Source: Candidatus Poribacteria bacterium (lineage in GTDB: Bacteria > Poribacteria > WGA-4E > UBA9662). From it: a stretch of 41,055 bases of DNA. A model generated the notes under the pieces. It did not search any database and was not told the origin of the DNA. It saw nothing but the letters and a program-made list of their open reading frames with translations. Shown piece by piece: positions 1 to 10,487 of the stretch. Position 1 is the first letter of the stretch, and each line of letters opens with the position of its first letter. The DNA is taken from assembly GCA_046582655.1 (NCBI GenBank), contig JAYGDX010000132.1:1-41055 (forward strand), in the 5' to 3' direction. The position numbers and the translations under genes are program-made.

Positions 1-9
1 TACAGCAAT

Positions 10-1674
10 TTAGAAATCAAATTCGATCTCCACCAACCGGTTTTCGCGAGCCGCAGTTTCACAACCTTCGATGCATTGAATTGTCCCTTTAGCCCATTCA
101 GGTGTAATGATTAGCGGCAGTTCTGAAAGAAGGTGATCAGCCACATTTTTATAATAGGTTTGCCAACCACCGCTTGATACTCTCGGGTAGTCTAGCGTCA
201 TCTGACGACCATCTTCTAGAACCGATATCACAGATGTTTTTCCGTCAAAATTTTCTACCGTAATCGAACCCTGAGTTCCGAGGATTGTCCAGAGGGGTTT
301 ATTGACAGTACATAGATTTGATTGAACCAGTTGAGCTTCCAAACCACTGTCAAATCGAACATAAGCTCGACAATAATCTTCATTAGTGTTTGCTTGCCAT
401 TTGCGTTTCATAAAGTTACCGTAGAGTGTAGCTCGTTTATTAACTCGATTATCACCTTTATCGTACTGTGGTACGAGCTGTAGGATTTTCTCAAATTGGT
501 GGGCTCCCATATCGTATAACATCCCACCCGAGATCTCTTTGTGTGCACGCCACTGCTGCCCAGGAGCCCCATATCCGACCATGTTGCATTCGATCGAGAA
601 GACATCACCAATTAAACCCGACTCCAATGCATCACGAGCCGTTAAGATATCTGGATCCCAATGCCGATTGTGGTAGGTAGATAGCATAACCTGCTTCTCT
701 TTGGCAATGGCTATGAGTTCATCTGCTTCCGAAACGTGAACAACAAATGGCTTTTCGGTGATTGTATGTAAGCCTGCTTCTAACAACACTTTAGCAACCG
801 GTGCATGATAAGCATGTGGAACAATCACTATTCCCATGTCGATTAGACCGCTTTCTGCCATTTCCTTTACATCGGTGAAGACAGCGATGTGATTACCTTG
901 TTCCGATTTTGCCGCTTGAAGCCGATTCTCGTCTCTATCACAGATAGCAGTTAACTCAAATCCATGTGTTTGCGCAATTCTATCTGAATGATGTTTCCCC
1001 ATTCCAAACTGAGGTCCGTATCCGACCAAACCAATTCGAATGGCTGATGAACTATCTTTCAGGTTGGTGACGTACCGAAGCCCTTTTATCAGCTGATCTT
1101 GAAAATCCGGATGCTTGAAAGTTCGTTGATCGTGACCGAGTGCATTGTAGTAGACCTTACCTGATCCGTAGTTATAGGTGTATCCAAGTGGGTAGCGTTC
1201 CATCCGCCAGTTACCGTACTGAAAATATCTCAGTGACGCATCTGTTCGGATCTCCATTTCATAGCATTCATCAGTGACCTGAAAACTTTTATTTAATCGG
1301 GGAAGAATATCGTCAACATCATCTACCACGTTTACCTCAAATGGTGCCAGAGGATCGTGTTGGATAAATTCGGAACCAATTAGGTTAATATAGGTTTCAT
1401 ACTGGCCTAACCCTGCGTTGGAACCGTGTACAGCGAGTAGTCCCCCACCATTATCAACAAAAGAAGCAATGCCTTCTTCCTGCTCAGGTGTCAGTGTCCC
1501 ACCAGCAATATAAAGTGCAACTGCATCGAACGAATCTAGTTTGGTGAAACTGTTTCGATCTTCACTAATGTCTAACTCGAATTGCTTCGAGGCTTGAATG
1601 ATGTGGGTAAACATGTTGGAGAAATCCCCATAGGGACTCTGTTGATGGTTGATAACCAGTAATACTTTTTTCAT
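10..1674 (-). CDS. ThuA-like (class I glutamine amidotransferase-like) domain fused to a Gfo/Idh/MocA oxidoreductase
   Basis: N-terminal half has 'GGGLLAVHG', 'DECY' and 'GSGKVYYNALGH' (ThuA-like). C-terminal half has 'IGLVGYG', 'EKPF', 'YHNRHWD' and 'GGMLYDMGAH' (Gfo/Idh/MocA). Confidence 0.88.
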   Translation of the reverse strand: MKKVLLVINHQQSPYGDFSNMFTHIIQASKQFELDISEDRNSFTKLDSFDAVALYIAGGTLTPEQEEGIASFVDNGGGLLAVHGSNAGLGQYETYINLIGSEFIQHDPLAPFEVNVVDDVDDILPRLNKSFQVTDECYEMEIRTDASLRYFQYGNWRMERYPLGYTYNYGSGKVYYNALGHDQRTFKHPDFQDQLIKGLRYVTNLKDSSSAIRIGLVGYGPQFGMGKHHSDRIAQTHGFELTAICDRDENRLQAAKSEQGNHIAVFTDVKEMAESGLIDMGIVIVPHAYHAPVAKVLLEAGLHTITEKPFVVHVSEADELIAIAKEKQVMLSTYHNRHWDPDILTARDALESGLIGDVFSIECNMVGYGAPGQQWRAHKEISGGMLYDMGAHQFEKILQLVPQYDKGDNRVNKRATLYGNFMKRKWQANTNEDYCRAYVRFDSGLEAQLVQSNLCTVNKPLWTILGTQGSITVENFDGKTSVISVLEDGRQMTLDYPRVSSGGWQTYYKNVADHLLSELPLIITPEWAKGTIQCIEGCETAARENRLVEIEFDF

Positions 1675-1741
1675 TTTTTCTGCCTGTGTTTTATTAGTGC
1701 TAGGGTCCTATTACGATCGCCTATGTTGTGGAACCGACTGT

Positions 1742-2980
1742 TTACTGAATAGCAGCGGAATCTTCTTGGTACCTTTTTTCGCTGAACATCAGGATGAAGG
1801 CGATGCTGGCAACAATGGTAACCGCGATAGGAACCAGAAAAATCTTAGCCCAAGCGTGACCACCATTTTCTAATTTGAAAAATTCGTGCACACGTCCGCT
1901 GACAAGATGTCCGACAAACATACCAATCCCGTTCGTTGCAAAGACGAGCAAGCTTTGCGCGCTTGATCTGATGTCAACTGGGCTAAGTCTTTCGACGGCA
2001 ATCATCCCCCCAACAAAGAAGAAGGCATAACACAAACCATGCAATGACTGGGAGGCGATGACTAACCATGCTGGTTGTCCTATAGCAAAGATAGCGTAAC
2101 GCACCGGCCAAGCCAGAATACCAAGAAAGATTGTTGTCCGCATGCCAAGTTTTCGGATACTTGGTAATAGAAGAATCATGATTAAAACTTCTGCGATTTG
2201 TCCCAAACTCATTGCCCAATTTGCTGTACTTGCTGCTAAACCGATTCCATGTTGCTGCTCAGTTAAGAATAAGAATGTCAGGTTATAGTAGAATGGGAGT
2301 TCGATAGCAACAACAAATGAGATAATTAACAATACAGCGAAGTTGCGATTTTTAGTTAGGGAGATGGCATCAAGAAAAGCATATGGGTTTTGGGCTTCTT
2401 TGGCAGGCGGCGTGTTTGGTAAAGACAAACAGTACAATCCCATCAAAATGGAAACTGCCGCGGCGGCTAGTAAACAATCACCAACATGTGATTCTTCTGG
2501 GACACGCACTTCCCAAAATCGTAGGTATAGACTCATTATCCAATTGATTACTATCCATCCAAGTGCTCCCCAAACACGAATATTGCCGAATTTTTCTGAA
2601 TCGCCCATATGGTGAAAGGAAATAGCATTAGTCAATGCGATAGTTGGCATGTAGAGAACCGCATAGACACAAATTGCTAGAAACATGGCAGGAAATGAGG
2701 TCTGTTTCCAAGCGACAATTAACAGGATTCCTCCAACAAAATGTGAGAATGCCGTAAAAATCTGAGCTGACATGAAGCGGTCAGCAATCCAACCGGCTAT
2801 CAAAGGGGATATCATAGCGCCAATAGCAGTGGTACCGAAGACGTAACTAATTTCTTTGCCCGTAAACCTGAGATTTTGCATGTGTCCAGCAATTAAAACT
2901 GCCCATGCTCCCCATATGGCAAATTGCAGAAACATCATCAACGAAAGACGAAAATAAACGAAACTGTTATTTTTATTCAC
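1742..2980 (-). CDS. MFS transporter, nucleoside:H+ symporter (NupG/YegT-like) family
   Basis: 'LSLMMFLQFAIWGAW', 'IADRF', 'LYMPTIALTNAI', 'IRVWGALGWI', 'SLGQIAEV'; about 12 hydrophobic segments. Confidence 0.88.
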   Translation of the reverse strand: MNKNNSFVYFRLSLMMFLQFAIWGAWAVLIAGHMQNLRFTGKEISYVFGTTAIGAMISPLIAGWIADRFMSAQIFTAFSHFVGGILLIVAWKQTSFPAMFLAICVYAVLYMPTIALTNAISFHHMGDSEKFGNIRVWGALGWIVINWIMSLYLRFWEVRVPEESHVGDCLLAAAAVSILMGLYCLSLPNTPPAKEAQNPYAFLDAISLTKNRNFAVLLIISFVVAIELPFYYNLTFLFLTEQQHGIGLAASTANWAMSLGQIAEVLIMILLLPSIRKLGMRTTIFLGILAWPVRYAIFAIGQPAWLVIASQSLHGLCYAFFFVGGMIAVERLSPVDIRSSAQSLLVFATNGIGMFVGHLVSGRVHEFFKLENGGHAWAKIFLVPIAVTIVASIAFILMFSEKRYQEDSAAIQ

Positions 2981-3095
2981 ACAGATTCCCTGAACTGCAA
3001 GTTTAGTCCAATCCTAGCATAGACAAGAAGAATTCAGCAAGTGATCAAAAGGTAAACATAATTTTTTTGATCAAGAAGATCGATAATTGAAAGGG

Positions 3096-4607
3096 TTACA
3101 AGCTATTTTCTACTCGAAGCTTACTTCTGATAGATCGATAGAGAGGAAAAGTGAGAATCACAATTGTGATTATAAGAATGGTTATGGTTATCGGGCGTTC
3201 CCATAAAAAGGATAGTTCGCCATTGCTGATTAGCAACGCTCGCCGAAGATTATCTTCTAGCAAACTACCAAGTACAAAACCTAGAAGCATCGGTGCCATG
3301 GGAAACTCTAGAAATCGAAGAAAAATGGCAACTGTAGCAAATCCGACCATCATATAGATGTCAAAGGTGTTAAACGAAACCAAGTAAACACCAATTAGGG
3401 AAAAGAAGAGTATAAATGGAATTAAGAATCTTTGGGGCAAGGAGATCAATCGTGCAATATAGGGAATTAATGGAAGGTTCAAGATCAGTAAGACGATGTT
3501 CCCCAGGTACATGGATATGATAACTGCCCAAAATACTTCTGGTTTTTCCGTGTAAAGTTGAGGACCGGGTTGGACACCATAGGAAATTAATGCACCTAAC
3601 ATCACGGCAGTTGTCCCTGAACCAGGTATTCCCAGCGTGAGGAGCGGTACAAATGAGCCGGTTGAGGCAGCATTGTTTGCTGTTTCAGGAGCTGCTAAGC
3701 CTTTTAAATTCCCATCTCCGAATTTCACTTTCGCTTTTCCGGAGCTGAGGGCTTGTTCCATCCCATATGCTAGAAAGGAGGCTATAGTGGCTCCGGCACC
3801 CGGTAAAACGCCGATCAGGAACCCCAGCACCGATGATCGGCCGATCGTTGGTGCGATCTCCCTCAATTCTTCCTTTGAAACTTTCAGATCATGTAGATCT
3901 GATGTCAGGTGGACTTGGTGGTTTCCGTTTCGGCTGCTAAGCGCCATTATCAGAGCTTCAGACAGAGCGAAGGTAGCCATTGCTAAGAGAAGAAAACTAA
4001 TGCCGTCAAACAGATCAAGTTGACCAAAGGTAAAACGCTGAATACCGGTAATGTTATCCATGCCAACAGTTGATAACATTAGCCCTATAATCGTCATTGA
4101 TATGGCTTTTAAAAACTGACCTTTTGGGGTAAAAGCGGAGACGGCTACCAATCCCATCAGCATAAGCACGAAATAATCAGCGGATTGGAAACCTATTGAA
4201 AATCTTGCTAGTACCGGGGCACCCAGAAGGAGGAAAATCGCACCGATTGTTCCACCGGCAAATGAGGAGTAAGCCGCAATCGCTAGCGCTTTGCCTGCTT
4301 TACCCTGTTTTGCCAGCGGATACCCGTCAAAGGCGGTAGCAACAGTCCCTGCCACGCCAGGCGCGTTGATGAGAATGGATGAAGTGGACCCACCAAATAC
4401 CGCACCATAGTAAACCCCAGCCATTAGAATCATTCCCGAAGCAGAATCAAAACCGTACGTAATCGGAATCATTAGTGCAATCGCTGAGACCGGTCCGAGT
4501 CCTGGCAGCATGCCAATCAAAGTGCCAGATAGGACACCGATGAACACCATGCAGATGTTTGTCAACGAAAATGCTGTTGAGAATCCGGTTAAAATCCCTT
4601 CTAACAT
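3096..4607 (-). CDS. tctA: Tripartite tricarboxylate transporter, large permease
   Basis: 'GMLPGLG', 'YYGAVFGGSTSSILINAPG', 'FDGYPLAKQG', 'APETANNA', 'LLTLGIPGS'. Confidence 0.95.
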   Translation of the reverse strand: MLEGILTGFSTAFSLTNICMVFIGVLSGTLIGMLPGLGPVSAIALMIPITYGFDSASGMILMAGVYYGAVFGGSTSSILINAPGVAGTVATAFDGYPLAKQGKAGKALAIAAYSSFAGGTIGAIFLLLGAPVLARFSIGFQSADYFVLMLMGLVAVSAFTPKGQFLKAISMTIIGLMLSTVGMDNITGIQRFTFGQLDLFDGISFLLLAMATFALSEALIMALSSRNGNHQVHLTSDLHDLKVSKEELREIAPTIGRSSVLGFLIGVLPGAGATIASFLAYGMEQALSSGKAKVKFGDGNLKGLAAPETANNAASTGSFVPLLTLGIPGSGTTAVMLGALISYGVQPGPQLYTEKPEVFWAVIISMYLGNIVLLILNLPLIPYIARLISLPQRFLIPFILFFSLIGVYLVSFNTFDIYMMVGFATVAIFLRFLEFPMAPMLLGFVLGSLLEDNLRRALLISNGELSFLWERPITITILIITIVILTFPLYRSIRSKLRVENSL

Positions 4608-5083
4608 CAGTCTAAGTTCAGCAACCCAAATACAATTTTGCCAAGAGAACCCAAATCAAGATAAATTCTCAATAATTGGGTGAGAGACAACCAGAAAGCA
4701 AAGGCCGTGATCGTAGCAGTGAGTAGAATAACCTTTAGTTTTCGTTCGCCCATTATCCAAAAACCGATACCGAGAAAAAGAATAGTTGAAACCAAGAATC
4801 CCAGAATTTTGATGGCCAGTCCGTAAGAAATCATCAACAGCAATAGGAAACCAACACGAAGTAGACCTTCTGGCGTGAATTTTGGAGTGGCCGTAACTGA
4901 TTCTGCCGGAAGTAGAAGGATCAGTATTGAAATAACGATGCCGGTCGCACTTAAAGAAATCGGAAGACTGGAAGGTGAGACAGAATCGCTGAAAGCAGGG
5001 ATTTCTGGAAGATTTAGCGCTATGATTCCATAAGCAATAGAAAAACCAAGAATAACCAAGGCACCAAATCTGTTTCTTGACAT
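4607..5083 (-). CDS. tctB: Tripartite tricarboxylate transporter, small membrane subunit
   Basis: 158 aa with 4-5 TM segments and 'LGFLVST'; lies between tctC and tctA and overlaps the tctA start by 1 nt. Confidence 0.9.
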   Translation of the reverse strand: MSRNRFGALVILGFSIAYGIIALNLPEIPAFSDSVSPSSLPISLSATGIVISILILLLPAESVTATPKFTPEGLLRVGFLLLLMISYGLAIKILGFLVSTILFLGIGFWIMGERKLKVILLTATITAFAFWLSLTQLLRIYLDLGSLGKIVFGLLNLD

Positions 5084-5098
5084 CGATTTCCTTTGTGA

Positions 5099-6076
5099 TT
5101 ACTCAAGGAATCCAAGTTCTTTCATCAATCTACTGATCGTACTTTCTTGCTGAATAAGAAAAGCATGGAACTTTTTACCCGAAATGTATAGATTTTCCCA
5201 ACCGTTGCGCATTCTGACTGTTTCCCAATCTGGGGTTTGAAACATTTTTTCCAGCACTTTGGTGTAGGTTTTGACTTTTTCCTGAGATAGATCGGGTGGT
5301 CCAAAAAAACCGCGCCAATTGATGAAAATAATTTCGTACCCAAGTTCCTTGAAGGTCGGCACATTAGGGACTGCGGGAGATCTTTCGCTGGCGGTAATAG
5401 CCAGAATGCGAATTTGTCCTGATCTGTGTTGTGCTAAAGCTTCCCCCAAGCCGGTGGACAAAATCTTGGTTTCTCCGGACAATAACCCAGCCATAGCTTT
5501 TCCACCAGCATCGTAGGGAATATAGCGTACCTGTTTAGGATCTCCTCTGGCTGCCTGGAATGCCAGTGCTGCCACTAGGTGATCCATACTGCCTCGTCCT
5601 GATCCACCTCCAACCGTTAATTGAGAAGGATCGTTCTGGAATAAAGTAACGGCCTGTTGCCAATTCTGGATTTCTGAATTGTTGACAACTGTAAACACTC
5701 CATAGTCAGCTACCACAGCCGCTATCGGAGTTAGATCCTGAAAGGAGTGAGAAAATATTTTTTGTAGAGACCTAATAATAATAGGTGTTGAATTCACCAT
5801 CAATGTATCTTGTTGACGTTTGGCTGTTTTTACCAGATGGGCGATCGCTCTGCCACCACCACCTCCAGACATATTCTGATATGAAGCGCGTTTAATTAAG
5901 TTGGATTTAGTCAGTGCTTCTCCTACCCCCCGTGCGGTTCCATCCCAGCCACCGCCCGCACCGCCAGGGATCAGGAAGTGGATTCTATGAATCTGTGTCT
6001 CAGCTGTGACACAGTGTGACACCAATAAAAATACGGTTATTACCGTCAGTACCTGACGATTAGCCCAATATTTCAT
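5099..6076 (-). CDS. tctC: Tripartite tricarboxylate transporter substrate-binding protein (Bug/TctC family)
   Basis: Signal peptide, 'PGGAGGGWDGTAR', 'GGGSGRGSMDHL', 'NWRGFFGPP'. ATG at 6076 preferred; alternative TTG at 6094. Confidence 0.92.
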   Translation of the reverse strand: MKYWANRQVLTVITVFLLVSHCVTAETQIHRIHFLIPGGAGGGWDGTARGVGEALTKSNLIKRASYQNMSGGGGGRAIAHLVKTAKRQQDTLMVNSTPIIIRSLQKIFSHSFQDLTPIAAVVADYGVFTVVNNSEIQNWQQAVTLFQNDPSQLTVGGGSGRGSMDHLVAALAFQAARGDPKQVRYIPYDAGGKAMAGLLSGETKILSTGLGEALAQHRSGQIRILAITASERSPAVPNVPTFKELGYEIIFINWRGFFGPPDLSQEKVKTYTKVLEKMFQTPDWETVRMRNGWENLYISGKKFHAFLIQQESTISRLMKELGFLE

Positions 6077-6107
6077 AAAATTCCTGACAATCAATTCTAT
6101 ATTCTGC

Positions 6108-6753
6108 TTAGTTTTCTTTTATCATTGCTCAGGTAGTTGTTAGCTTACCTTGGGAAGAGACAGCGAACCCTGCGTTAGGCACTCCCTTGCCTATAATAAC
6201 AAAATCATTGAAGACCGATTTTGATCCGTCACAACAGATGGCGACTGAAACGCGACCAGTTTTAAAACGCTTATCTTGCCATTCACAAATCAATTTGCCG
6301 TCAAAGTATCCTTTAAATTTTTCTGCTGATACAACAACTTTATATAGATGTGCTTCCAAAGGATTTCCGGGTATAACATCGTTTGTGATAAAATTCCAAT
6401 TACCAGCAAGTTGAACCATCCAGCTGATTTCTCTATCTGCAACATTAAGCGCTCAGCCGTAACAATTATTTGGATCCAGATGACGAATGCCAATTCCAAT
6501 AAAATCTGCCTTGATAACACGTGCTTTGACTTCAACGGTATAGTTGCTCCATTTTGCCTCTCCCCAAATTGAACCTGTGACCCCACTGGTACTGGTAATG
6601 GCATACTGTTCATCGACAACTTTCCATGAACCCCTGTCCCCAGCGCTCCCATCCTTTGTCATTACCGTCATCAAAACTATCCCGAAATGTTCCGGTGAAT
6701 CCTGTTAAAGTTGCAGTTAGTAAGATGGTAATCAAAGTTAATGAATGTTTCAT
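6108..6753 (-). pseudogene. Disrupted secreted beta-sandwich (DUF1080/LamG-like) protein with C-terminal 'AVSSQGKLTTT(W)AMIK' motif
   Basis: ATG at 6753 gives signal peptide MKHSLTLITILLTATL then 'FRDSFDDGNDKGW'. A frameshift near 6640 leads to 'GSWKVVD...WSNYTVEVKARV'. In-frame TGA at 6453-6455 (CYG*AL) and 6129-6131 (KLTTT*AMIKEN); final TAA at 6108-6110. Confidence 0.8.
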
Positions 6754-6781
6754 AGGTCAATCCTTCAATTATCAGCGTTGT

Positions 6782-8511
6782 TTAATCATAACTTGAGAGT
6801 CCTTGATAAACCAAGCTTCCTGTTGTTAAGGCTATCAGCAGGAAGATTATTCCGACGTTGTAAAATCCTAAGATCAATTTACCAAAGCCAAACAGTGTTG
6901 AATAGACAAAGATAGAACCTAACATCCAGTGTAGCAGTGCTGGTGCATGACTCTGCGACACTGGATGGGCATTGGTCAGACTAGGGATGTGTGCCCAAAA
7001 TCCACCATTAGGTTGAACTCGGTTGTAGAAGGCAACCAGTTTTTTATCTGAAACGGGTGATGTTATCCAAGTTGCAATTAACCATGCTAGCGTCGAAGTT
7101 GGAACAATAATTAGCATTTGCATAGCAAAATCACCTTTAGTTTGCGGTAAGATGTACACAATAGTGGTTGTTATGGCCGAGGCTGCCATAGCCGAGATTT
7201 CCGACCAAGCATTAACTCGCCACCAATACCAGCGTAGGATCTGCACCAAACCGATACCGGCGTTAAGTGCAATAAGGAATTTCCAAGCGCCGGCAATTGA
7301 ATCAAGGAATAGACTAACTACACCAGCAAAAATCATAATGGTTACCACCGAGATGCGTGAAACTATGACATAATGACGGTCATCAGCCGAAGGCTTCAAG
7401 AAACGTTTATAGAAGTCATTTACCAAGTATGACGCGCCCCAGTTAAGATGGGTGTCGATGGTTGACATAAATGCTGCTAAGAATGCCGCCATCATCAATC
7501 CAAGTAACCCGGCAGGCATATACTCCAGCATTAGTTTGGGGTATCCTGCTTCCGGGTCGGCCAAATCTGGATAGGCCACCATAGATACCAAGGCCACGAG
7601 TATCCATGGCCATGGCCGTAGTGTGTAGTGAGCGATGTTGTACTAGAAGGTTGCCAATAACGAATTTTGCTCATCTTTAGTGGAAAACATACGTTGAGCA
7701 ATGTAGCCGCCACCGTCTACACCATTGGCTGCCCACCACTGTACTCCGAGATAAACACCGAATGTTAATATCGCCGTTTTTCCTAGGCTAAAGTCAGGTA
7801 GCAAGTTCAGTATGTGGTGATCTGCTCCATGCAGCTCAGCTATTTGAATTTTCAGTGATTCAATTCCGCCAATTTTCCTGACTGCGATGATGGCTAGAGC
7901 GATAGATCCAATCATGGCCATACTAAACTGGATCAGATCAGTCATCACAACCCCCCCAAAGCCGGACATCGCACAATAAATACCGGCAATAACCATACAG
8001 ATGAGAACAGCAACAATTTTCCAAGAGGTCGTATCTGGCAAGTTAAAGGTCAGAACCACCACTTTCTGCATAGCAAGAATCACCCATCCCATGGTAATAC
8101 AATTCAGCGGTAGGGCAGTGTAGAGTGCGCGAAATCCACGCAAGATGCTAGCTGATTTACCTTCATAGCGCAATTCTGTCAGTTCAACGTCAGTCAGGAT
8201 TTCAGCCCGTCGCCAAAGACGAGAGAATAGGAATGTTGCTAGCATTCCGCCTAAAACACCATTCCACCAAAGCCAGTTTCCAGCGATACCACCTTCCACC
8301 ACAAGACCGGTAACAGCTAGGGGCGTATCGGCAGCAAAGGTTGTTGCCACCATTGATGTACCCGCCAGCCACCAAGGTAAATTCCTACTTGAGATAAAAA
8401 ACTCGTTGATATTTGAGCCTGCCCGTTTGGGGTAGTAGATACTCAACCCAAGGGCAAAGAGGATATAGCCAATAATGAAATGATCGTAATATCGATGGGA
8501 GAAAGGTTCAT
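6782..8511 (-). pseudogene. Sodium:solute symporter (SSS) family, disrupted
   Basis: 'LPWWLAGTSMVATTFAADTPL', 'GGGYIAQRMF', 'AAFMSTIDTHLNWGASY'. In-frame TAG at 7643-7645 (LATF*YNIAHYTLRPWPW) joins the two ORFs. The likely start ATG 8511 (MNLSPID) is out of frame with the body. Confidence 0.88.
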
Positions 8512-8577
8512 ATAGAGTTCACTGTTTTCTATCTAAACCAGCTGCTTAAAGTTGATGTTGAGTTATGTCCGTTTTTT

Positions 8578-9747
8578 TTATTCTTCAGAGCAGGTAACAA
8601 AAGCTCCGGTATAAGCATGCATGAAATTTCGGTTGCCAATCGGTGCATATTCAGCGTTCCCAAAAAAACCAATTATCGGCAGATCAGGGAACTTTGCTTT
8701 GATAATTCCAATATCATAATTCTTCTCACCGTAAAGTCCTGTGCCTCTACCCATACAATTAAAGTAGAGTCCGAAAACTGGTGGATGTTGTTGTGCCTTT
8801 TGACTTATGCGATCGATAATTGTCTGAATCTCTTGTCTAGCCGCATAGGGCGTTCTCAAATGGAATTGGACTATCTGACCCTCTGTAATATGCTCTGCAG
8901 ATTCAACAGCCGAACTTTCTCGATCAATACTCACAATATTTCGGATCAAGTAGTCTCCAATCTCCGGAGACCGATTAGAATCGTCCATAGCCATACCGAG
9001 AAAAACCATTCCACCTGATCTCTGTATGTCTTCTTCGGTTAACAACTCCAGAGATTTCTGCAATACTTCAAGCGCCGGAGTTTCATCCAATTCAAAGATC
9101 TTTTTGCCTTCAGCACGAGTGATTTCGGACGTCTTTCCAAACGGTTGACAGCCTTGGGCAACTCCGACTTCAGTATGGAAAGAACCCGTTAGCAGAGCGC
9201 CGGAGATACTGGCTTCTACTATTCTTTCGCCACACCATTGGTGCATTTGCCCAGTTGTCGGGTTACCGGAAGCGGCTGCTCCGACGATCGGCACCTTAAA
9301 TTGAAGCTCTTCGGTTTTTTGAATTAGTTGTGTTGGCAAGTCACTTCGAATATCCGGAAAGATGGTTAAAAGCGAATTATCTGCAGCTGAAACGTGACTG
9401 TCTATAATGGCACTGATGGACGCGATATCGTTTTTTGTCTCAAGAAGTGGGTGTATAAAGAACTGATCTGAGCGCACCACCATAACAGCAATAGTAGATT
9501 GGCCTTCAAATTCACCAGCTGAAGTTAGAACAGACATTCCGCTACAACCAACTAAACAATCAGATCCAGAAATATCCTTAATACCTTCAAAAATTTGCTG
9601 ATATTCGCTAGCATAATTGACTGTTGCGAAAACAAACACCAAATCCGATTTGGCGATCTTGGCGTTGCTCATAGCCGTTGTAACCGCTTGCTCGGTTGCC
9701 TCAGCAGTAGAGATATTATGACTGTATCCAACTCCAGCACGAATCAC
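8578..9747 (-). CDS. FIST N/C domain sensory protein
   Basis: 'LVGCSG', 'IVGAAAS', 'VAQGCQPFG', 'YFNCMGRG', 'GFFGNAEYAP'. Confidence 0.9.
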   Translation of the reverse strand: MIRAGVGYSHNISTAEATEQAVTTAMSNAKIAKSDLVFVFATVNYASEYQQIFEGIKDISGSDCLVGCSGMSVLTSAGEFEGQSTIAVMVVRSDQFFIHPLLETKNDIASISAIIDSHVSAADNSLLTIFPDIRSDLPTQLIQKTEELQFKVPIVGAAASGNPTTGQMHQWCGERIVEASISGALLTGSFHTEVGVAQGCQPFGKTSEITRAEGKKIFELDETPALEVLQKSLELLTEEDIQRSGGMVFLGMAMDDSNRSPEIGDYLIRNIVSIDRESSAVESAEHITEGQIVQFHLRTPYAARQEIQTIIDRISQKAQQHPPVFGLYFNCMGRGTGLYGEKNYDIGIIKAKFPDLPIIGFFGNAEYAPIGNRNFMHAYTGAFVTCSEE

Positions 9748-9946
9748 TTATAGTTCACCTTTCTTTAATTCTTGATTAGTTATGGTATCCGACATAATAT
9801 GACAGTATAAAAGAATTTAATCAATTACTCAACTGAGATGTTGTATTACAACTAAATTAATTAGGTAACGAGCTAATACGTTGGGTTAGCAATATTTGGA
9901 TAAATAGGGGTGAAACCGGTCGTAACAGCTTTACGTTTCTTGCAGC

Positions 9947-10367
9947 ATGGATAAGCACGCTGACTGCTTAACGGATTACTTCAGGTATTTGAAAGATAAT
10001 CTTAGCCAACAGATAAAAAAACTTCAGGTCAAGATTACCCAAGCAAGGACAGAAGACCATCTACCGGATTTACAGGTAACCAAACTGGCGACGCAGCTTG
10101 GTACTCAGCAGTTGCAACTTCAGGATTTGGATTTACAGCAGTCGAGATGGCATAAGATTTGTTCGCTGAATACTTAGTTAAAGATTCTCCTTCCAACCTC
10201 TTTCACACGATTCCGTCCTTATGTCCGTCCTGTCAAAATAGTCTGAAAATTGGCCTTAAATTTAAGAAACATGTTCTTTCATAGTGCAGTCAAGGAAACC
10301 AATTCTTAGATGAACATTCCTTATGTCAAACAATTCTATCACGTGTGTTGACATCACTTCGTCAATG
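9947..10367 (+). pseudogene. Possible degraded gene: coiled-coil segment followed by a CPSC-containing segment in another frame
   Basis: 76-aa Gln/Leu-rich ORF, then 'YLVKDSPSNLFHTIPSLCPSCQNSLKIG...' in a shifted frame with an internal stop. No family recognised. Confidence 0.25.
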
Positions 10368-10414
10368 ATTCCTGATAGCTGCACGCTAGCCTGAAAAACC
10401 GTTGGTGATTTTTG

Positions 10415-10443
10415 TTGTCTGATTTTCATGATGAATGTATATT
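10415..10443 (+). promoter_or_regulatory. Putative sigma70 promoter of the DUF3179 gene
   Basis: TTGTCT (10415-10420), 17 nt spacer, TATATT (10438-10443); 44 nt upstream of ATG 10488. Confidence 0.45.
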
Positions 10444-10487
10444 GAAGGTTGAAGGCTCGGCATTAATTTATATTAGGTAGTTTCTTT

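Noticed and set aside
6129..6455. UGA reassigned to Trp (alternative genetic code), suggested by two TGAs at Trp-like positions
   Set aside because: The same gene has a frameshift, a TAG occurs at an equivalent Trp site in the neighbouring gene, TGG is used throughout, and TGA ends intact genes (e.g. 15562, 26112).
7643..7645. Pyrrolysine or TAG readthrough in the SSS transporter
   Set aside because: The position corresponds to Trp in the family, the gene also has a 5' frameshift, and none of the methyltransferases here has an in-frame TAG.
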